Positions 59,163 to 64,000 of a stretch of DNA of 64,000 bases are shown here, piece after piece. The translations under genes and the position numbers were made by a program. A model generated the notes under the pieces. The model saw nothing but the letters and a program-made list of their open reading frames with translations, did not search any database and had not been told where the DNA came from. The stretch is from Saprolegnia diclina VS20 (Eukaryota). The stretch's first letter is position 1, and each line of letters starts with the position of its first letter. The stretch lies in assembly GCF_000281045.1 (NCBI RefSeq), contig NW_008246094.1, positions 227,261 through 291,260 on the forward strand. The letters are read 5' to 3'.

Positions 59163-62100
59163 CTAGAGCTTGGCTGTAAGGACCGAGCCCTTGGTGCGTG
59201 CAGGGTGCAAATGACGGTCGGCTTGGAACGCCTCGATCGAGGTGAGCGCCGAGGGCGCTGACGCGTCATGCGTCATGACAATTGGCCAGACCTGCGTCCA
59301 GAGCGCCTTGCGCGTCACCGTGTTGACAAGCCGGTCGTCCAACATGTCTTGCACTTGAGCTTTCGAGAGGGCGTCGACAGCGGCTGCAACGTCCGCCCGG
59401 CGGTCAAACGCATACGACTGCGACGCGATCTCGTCCCAGACGCGCGCACTCGCTTCCTCGTACGTCTTGGGCTGCTCGAGGAGGTTGCCGATGAGCGCCG
59501 CCTTGTGCTTGGCCCACTCGTCGTCCGGCATGGCCGCCAACCGATCGCGAAACCCCGACATGAAGGCGTCGATCCGCGCCGTCACCTCATCGGGCGTCTT
59601 GGCTTTCGACTGCACCGTCACGTAGATGTACGCGACTCCATGACTGCAGCCCGCGCTGCTCGAAACGATGTAGCCGAGCTGCTCGGTCGTGCGCAGTGTC
59701 GTAAAGCACGGCACCTTGAGCACCTGCGCCAAAAGCGCCGAGGTCGCGCGCGCTTCGGTCGAGTCGAGGCCGCACTCGAACGCTACGTGTGTCGCGCCGT
59801 TCTCGTTGGCGGCGTTGAGACACGGTAGCTGCAGCACGTCGTCGCGTGTCAGTGCAAAGTTGCGTGTGTCGAGCACGTCTTGCACAAACGCACCACTCGC
59901 TGCGCTCGGTGTATGGACTGTCTCGACAAGGCGCTGGACGTCGTCCTGCACGCAACTTACTAAGTATATCTCTAATGCTGTCAAGAGGCAAGTACCTCGA
60001 GAAGGTTGCCGTACACGAGCGCTTCGACGCGCGGGTCAGTGAAGAGGTCGATAGCGTGGGCAGCGAGGAGACGCGGCAGGTCGTCGTCCGGGACGGCTTG
60101 CAGTGCGCGCAGCTTGGTCTCGACCGACCACTTTGTGCTCGTGAGCGCTAATTGCCGCTGGTACACGGCCCAGCGGTGCGGCTCTTCCATGAGTGTGTTG
60201 GCCAAGTCGCGCTCCAGGGCTTCGCGGAGCCGGCGAAGACTGTCGTGGTTCATGGGCGTGAACCGGTGGGCCCAGACCGCGTCGACGACACTTTGGAGGC
60301 TCTCGCTGTAGCCTGCGACGTGTAGCGTCACGCCCGCGATCGTGTTGGACACGTGGACTTTGGTGCCAGCGACGTGCGCGTCATAGAGGGACGTGGCCAG
60401 CACATCGTCGAGCCAGAGCGTGTAGAGCTCGGTGAGCACGGCCGCGAGCGGCGTTGCGTACGCTGTCGGCGTGTACCACTTGAAGCGGGCGCTGGCTTTG
60501 GGCTGCGCAAAGCCCGTGCCTTGCTTGTGCCACAGCCGGATCGTCGGGGCATCGAGCACGAGGTGCACCGCTGTCGTCTCGGGCACCAAGCCCAGCTGCG
60601 ACGGCAAGAACGGGTTTGGCCGCGGCAGCTGCAGCGCGTCTGGCAAGCTGGACGAGGTCGCCGACTCCCACTGCGCAATCCAATCGGGGTCCAATGGCGC
60701 GTCGCTGTAGCGAGCGCCCAGCCACGGCTCGGTTGCTTCTGGCACGCAGCTCTTGCTCACGAGCAGAAGGCGCAGTCGGTGCGGCGTGAGCAGGTGCAGA
60801 ACGCGCCGGAATCCCGTCGCATCAAACCGATCAAGGACATATGGCCCCGAGACGGCCCGCTCGGTCGGAAACAGCGTGAGGTTGCGCGTGAGGTACGACA
60901 CGTACGAGATCGGCGATTCTTGGTTGCGGTAGCGCAGCTGGAGCATGCTGAGCGTCTGCGCTTCGTCAAAGATACGCTGCAATACGTCGTCACTGGCGGC
61001 GGCGATACGTGCCATGTATTGAAAACTGGTCTCGACCACCTCTGGGATCGCGTCCAGTCCCGTTGGCGTGAGCTGGATCTTGATACTAAACTGCGACCAG
61101 TCGGCATAGTCCCGCGTGAGACCGGTTGAGACGCCGTTCGCAAGCCCACGGGCCTTGAGGTCCGCGCAGAGTGACCCAACGCCTTCGTGCCCCAGCAGGT
61201 GCGAGAGCACACGATGCGGCTTGTCGAGAAAGTGCGCTTGCAGCGACGGCAGCGGAAATGTGAGCTCGAGCGTCCGCAGGTCGCGCACGGGGACGACCGA
61301 GACGAGCCGACCTTGCTGCGCTGCTTCGTACGGCTGCACGTTTGCTGCTAAAAGGCCGTGCTTGAATGAGACCTCTGCAGAGAGACATCAACGTACGCGG
61401 CGCATGCGGCCGAGCAACGTCGTTTCGAATCGGTGCGAAGAGCGAGGTGGCCCAGCGCTCGAGCGTGTCGAGGTCGTCTCGGCCATAGACGACGAGGTGC
61501 ATGGCGTTCGCAGAGTAGTAGCGCGCATGGAACGCAAGCAGCTCTACGCCATGTTCGTTCATGGCGCTCTTGATGAATGCATATTCGCTTGGACGTACCG
61601 GCGCGGACGTCGATGCCGAGATCGGTCGGTCGCGTCGACAGCGTCTCGAGGTTGCCCGTGCCAAACTTGTGGAATGGATGGGCGGGGTTCGCGAGCTCTT
61701 TCGAGAGCTGGTAGAGCCGGCGGGCGTCGTCCTGGACGTTCTTGGCGTGCTCTGCGTCGACCGCGTGCATCTCGCGGCTCGTGGCGCTCGCTGAGAAGAG
61801 CGGCGCAATGAAGAATTGCGCAAACCGATCGAGCGCGCCGTGCAAGTGCGGCGGCGCCACGTCAAAGTAGAACGTGGTCGCGATCGCCGACGTCGACGCG
61901 TTCGAGCGGCCGCCATGCGCGCTCAGATACGTCTTGTAGCTTGTCTCGTCCGGGTACTTGGCCGTGCCGAGGAAGAGCATGTGCTCGAGAAAGTGCGCGA
62001 GGCCAGCGACGTGGGGCGGATCCGCCTGGTGGCCGACGCCCACGGCCAGCGCCGCCGCCGCCTTCTCGGTGGCCGCGTCCGAGACCAGCAGCACGCGCAG

Positions 62101-62208
62101 CTTGTTGGGCAGCTGGAACGACCGGTACAGGCGGCTGTCGTTGCGCGAGACCTCGAGCCCGCCGACCCACTTGCTGCCCTTGCCCCACACGTCGCTCATC
62201 CGGCCCAT
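59163..62208 (-). CDS. Insulin-degrading enzyme-like M16A metalloprotease, multi-exon
   Basis: GLAHFLEHMLFLGTAKYP (HxxEH), ALDRFAQFF, HPFHKFGTGNLETL, HLLGHEG, LRTTEQLGYIV. Confidence 0.95.
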
Positions 62209-63476
62209 GCGTCGTCGGCAGGATATTGATGTCGCAAATAGTGTATGAAGCAAAATACTGTTTGGAAGTGAGACAGTATTACATACAGTGTTTGAACCGC
62301 TGTGTGAATCTGTGCCACGATGCAAACACCCCAGCGACGGGATACTAGTACGGAGACACTCGAGCTGCATTCGTCGACGAATACAGTGTATGCCCTTGCG
62401 CGAGGCTCACTATACTAGTATGCTGGATGCGGAGCGGATGACGTCGTCGACGATAACGCCGTCGTCGACTTGGCCGCGACATGGGACCTGGCTTTTCACT
62501 TTGCACGTGGTGAATCTCGCTGCTGCAAAGCGAACTGCGCTGCGCATAAGAGCTCGAGCCACTTGTACCGCTAATACACCCAAGTCGTCACCGCAAATCG
62601 GATATTGCTCATCGCTAGCAGTGTCGGTAACCCGCAAAACACACTAAATTTACGACCCTCTTGTGTATCTTCGTGCCAGGATTTAGTAGCCATCCTAGGC
62701 GGTCCTATCACAAGTACCGGTACAGCAAACACTTTGGCGCTGGACGAGTCGATATCGCCTTGGTAGCGACGCATCGTCGTTGAGCTGGAGCAGCCGAATG
62801 AACGGCGATACCGCTCGCATAATACGAGCGTATCCGGATTCGCCGCCGGTGTGTCGATCGACGACGAGGTGCCAAAATGATCGGGTCGCGTTTGACACGC
62901 TATGTCGAAGCTTCTTGGATGCCGCTTGATTTCCTTGGCCCAGCCTGCACGTTCTGAAGCTGGCGATCGTCCTTGCCATTGCTGTCTGGGCGCTGGTCTT
63001 GGTCTGATACCATCTGGTGCTCCAACACAGCTGGTTTCACGGGTCGCGATCATCACATTGCACATGTGCTTGGTCGAGCGACGTGGTTGACTCGAACTCG
63101 CAGCTAGCACCTCGCTGCGTGCGATGCGAAGCCTAGGGTCCAGATCGAGAGGCCTCCCTGTGCATGCGTCTTCCAGTGCAACTCGAATGGCAAAGCGGAA
63201 TAATGCCCGAAACAAAAAAACGACGAGCGCTCAGCGGTTGCAGATAAGCGAACGTGGTCGGCGGGTGCATGGCAACGTCGCAGCGCGTTCTGTACCTGTC
63301 CTGGGACCTGCCACATTACCCAGTATACAAAAAGACTATGCAATTGAGAGCGGAATCAGTGCGGAACGTGTGAGTCACGCGACTTGGTGGCCAGCGTGTC
63401 ACTGAAGCTACTTAATCGAACCTCAGAGACATTGGCAAACCGCGATCACCCTCGATCAAACACATCTCGGACCGAA

Positions 63477-63492
63477 GCTCACTTTGCCTTTT
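63477..63492 (+). promoter_or_regulatory. Putative oomycete Inr/FPR core promoter element
   Basis: GCTCACTTTGCCTTTT, about 35-50 nt upstream of the LPMO ATG. Confidence 0.55.
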
Positions 63493-63526
63493 GCTCTGAA
63501 CGACCACCACGACCACAAACAGCATC

Positions 63527-64000
63527 ATGGTCATGAAGCTCGCCACGACGCTCCTTGCGCTTGCCGCGCCGCTCATCTCGGGCCACGGTATCGTGTCCAA
63601 CCCACCGGCCGAGTTCCGGTCCGACGTCATGCGCACCAAGTACGTTGCCACGATCCAGGCCAACTTCCCCGGCAAGTTTGACGACTCGCCGCAGACCAAC
63701 GTCGCCAACTTCAACAAGGCGTTCAAGGCCCAGTCCCAGTTCAAGACGCTCCGTGACATGCTCGACCCGCACGGCCCCGACTGCGGCTACACGCTCACCA
63801 ACGTCGACAAGAAGGCCATTCCGGGCAACGGCCAGATGACGTGGAAGAACCCCGACACGGGCGAAGGCTTCATCCCGAGCCACAAGGGGCCGTGCGAAGT
63901 CTGGATCGACAACGAGCGCGTGTTCCAGAACGACGACTGCGCGACCAACTTTCCCCAGTCGCCCGAAGTCAACCTCCCGGTCGACTACTCGAGCTGCGGC
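63527..64000 (+). CDS. Secreted AA17-family lytic polysaccharide monooxygenase (truncated by the window end)
   Basis: Manual translation: MVMKLATTLLALAAPLISG|HGIVSNP...CGYT...SHKGPCEVWIDNERVFQNDDC...PVDYSSC. Has His1 after the signal peptide and the AA17 H.GPCE.W motif. Absent from the ORF track. Confidence 0.9.
   Translation, partial: MVMKLATTLLALAAPLISGHGIVSNPPAEFRSDVMRTKYVATIQANFPGKFDDSPQTNVANFNKAFKAQSQFKTLRDMLDPHGPDCGYTLTNVDKKAIPGNGQMTWKNPDTGEGFIPSHKGPCEVWIDNERVFQNDDCATNFPQSPEVNLPVDYSSCG

Noticed and set aside
62300..63400. Short ORFs between the insulinase and the LPMO (e.g. 62571..63215)
   Set aside because: No motifs and non-coding-like composition; treated as intergenic.

Overview
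Eukaryotic, GC-rich, gene-dense genomic DNA with many very short (about 40-55 nt) GT-AG introns. Gene content (AA17 LPMO, START-FYVE-GAF proteins, flagellar genes) points to an oomycete, most likely Saprolegnia/Achlya-like (inference). About 23 protein-coding loci are supported: two tandem MFS sugar porters, AK9-like, a degenerate 2OG-Fe(II)-fold protein, a RING E3, GCP6-like, an EST1/NYN (SMG6L-like) nuclease, CEP78-like, SMC3, an HA-domain protein, an SPFH protein, an alpha/beta hydrolase-TPR protein, a Cys-rich membrane protein, an MKP1-like phosphatase, two FYVE proteins, an RCC1-repeat protein, a UBL membrane protein, a CENP-B-like protein, CFAP53, DDRGK1, NDUFA6, GCAT, an insulinase and a truncated AA17 LPMO. 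There is also a damaged tRNA-Leu(CAA) and a 124-N assembly gap. I see no CRISPR array, intact transposon or operon-like novel system. The most interesting signals are about 10 SPIRAL1/Jupiter-like PGG repeats inside the GCP6-like protein, an EST1-TPR fused to a Regnase-type NYN nuclease, and a tRNA-Leu whose acceptor-stem halves do not match. All calls are by eye, with no database searches; exon boundaries are approximate unless stated.
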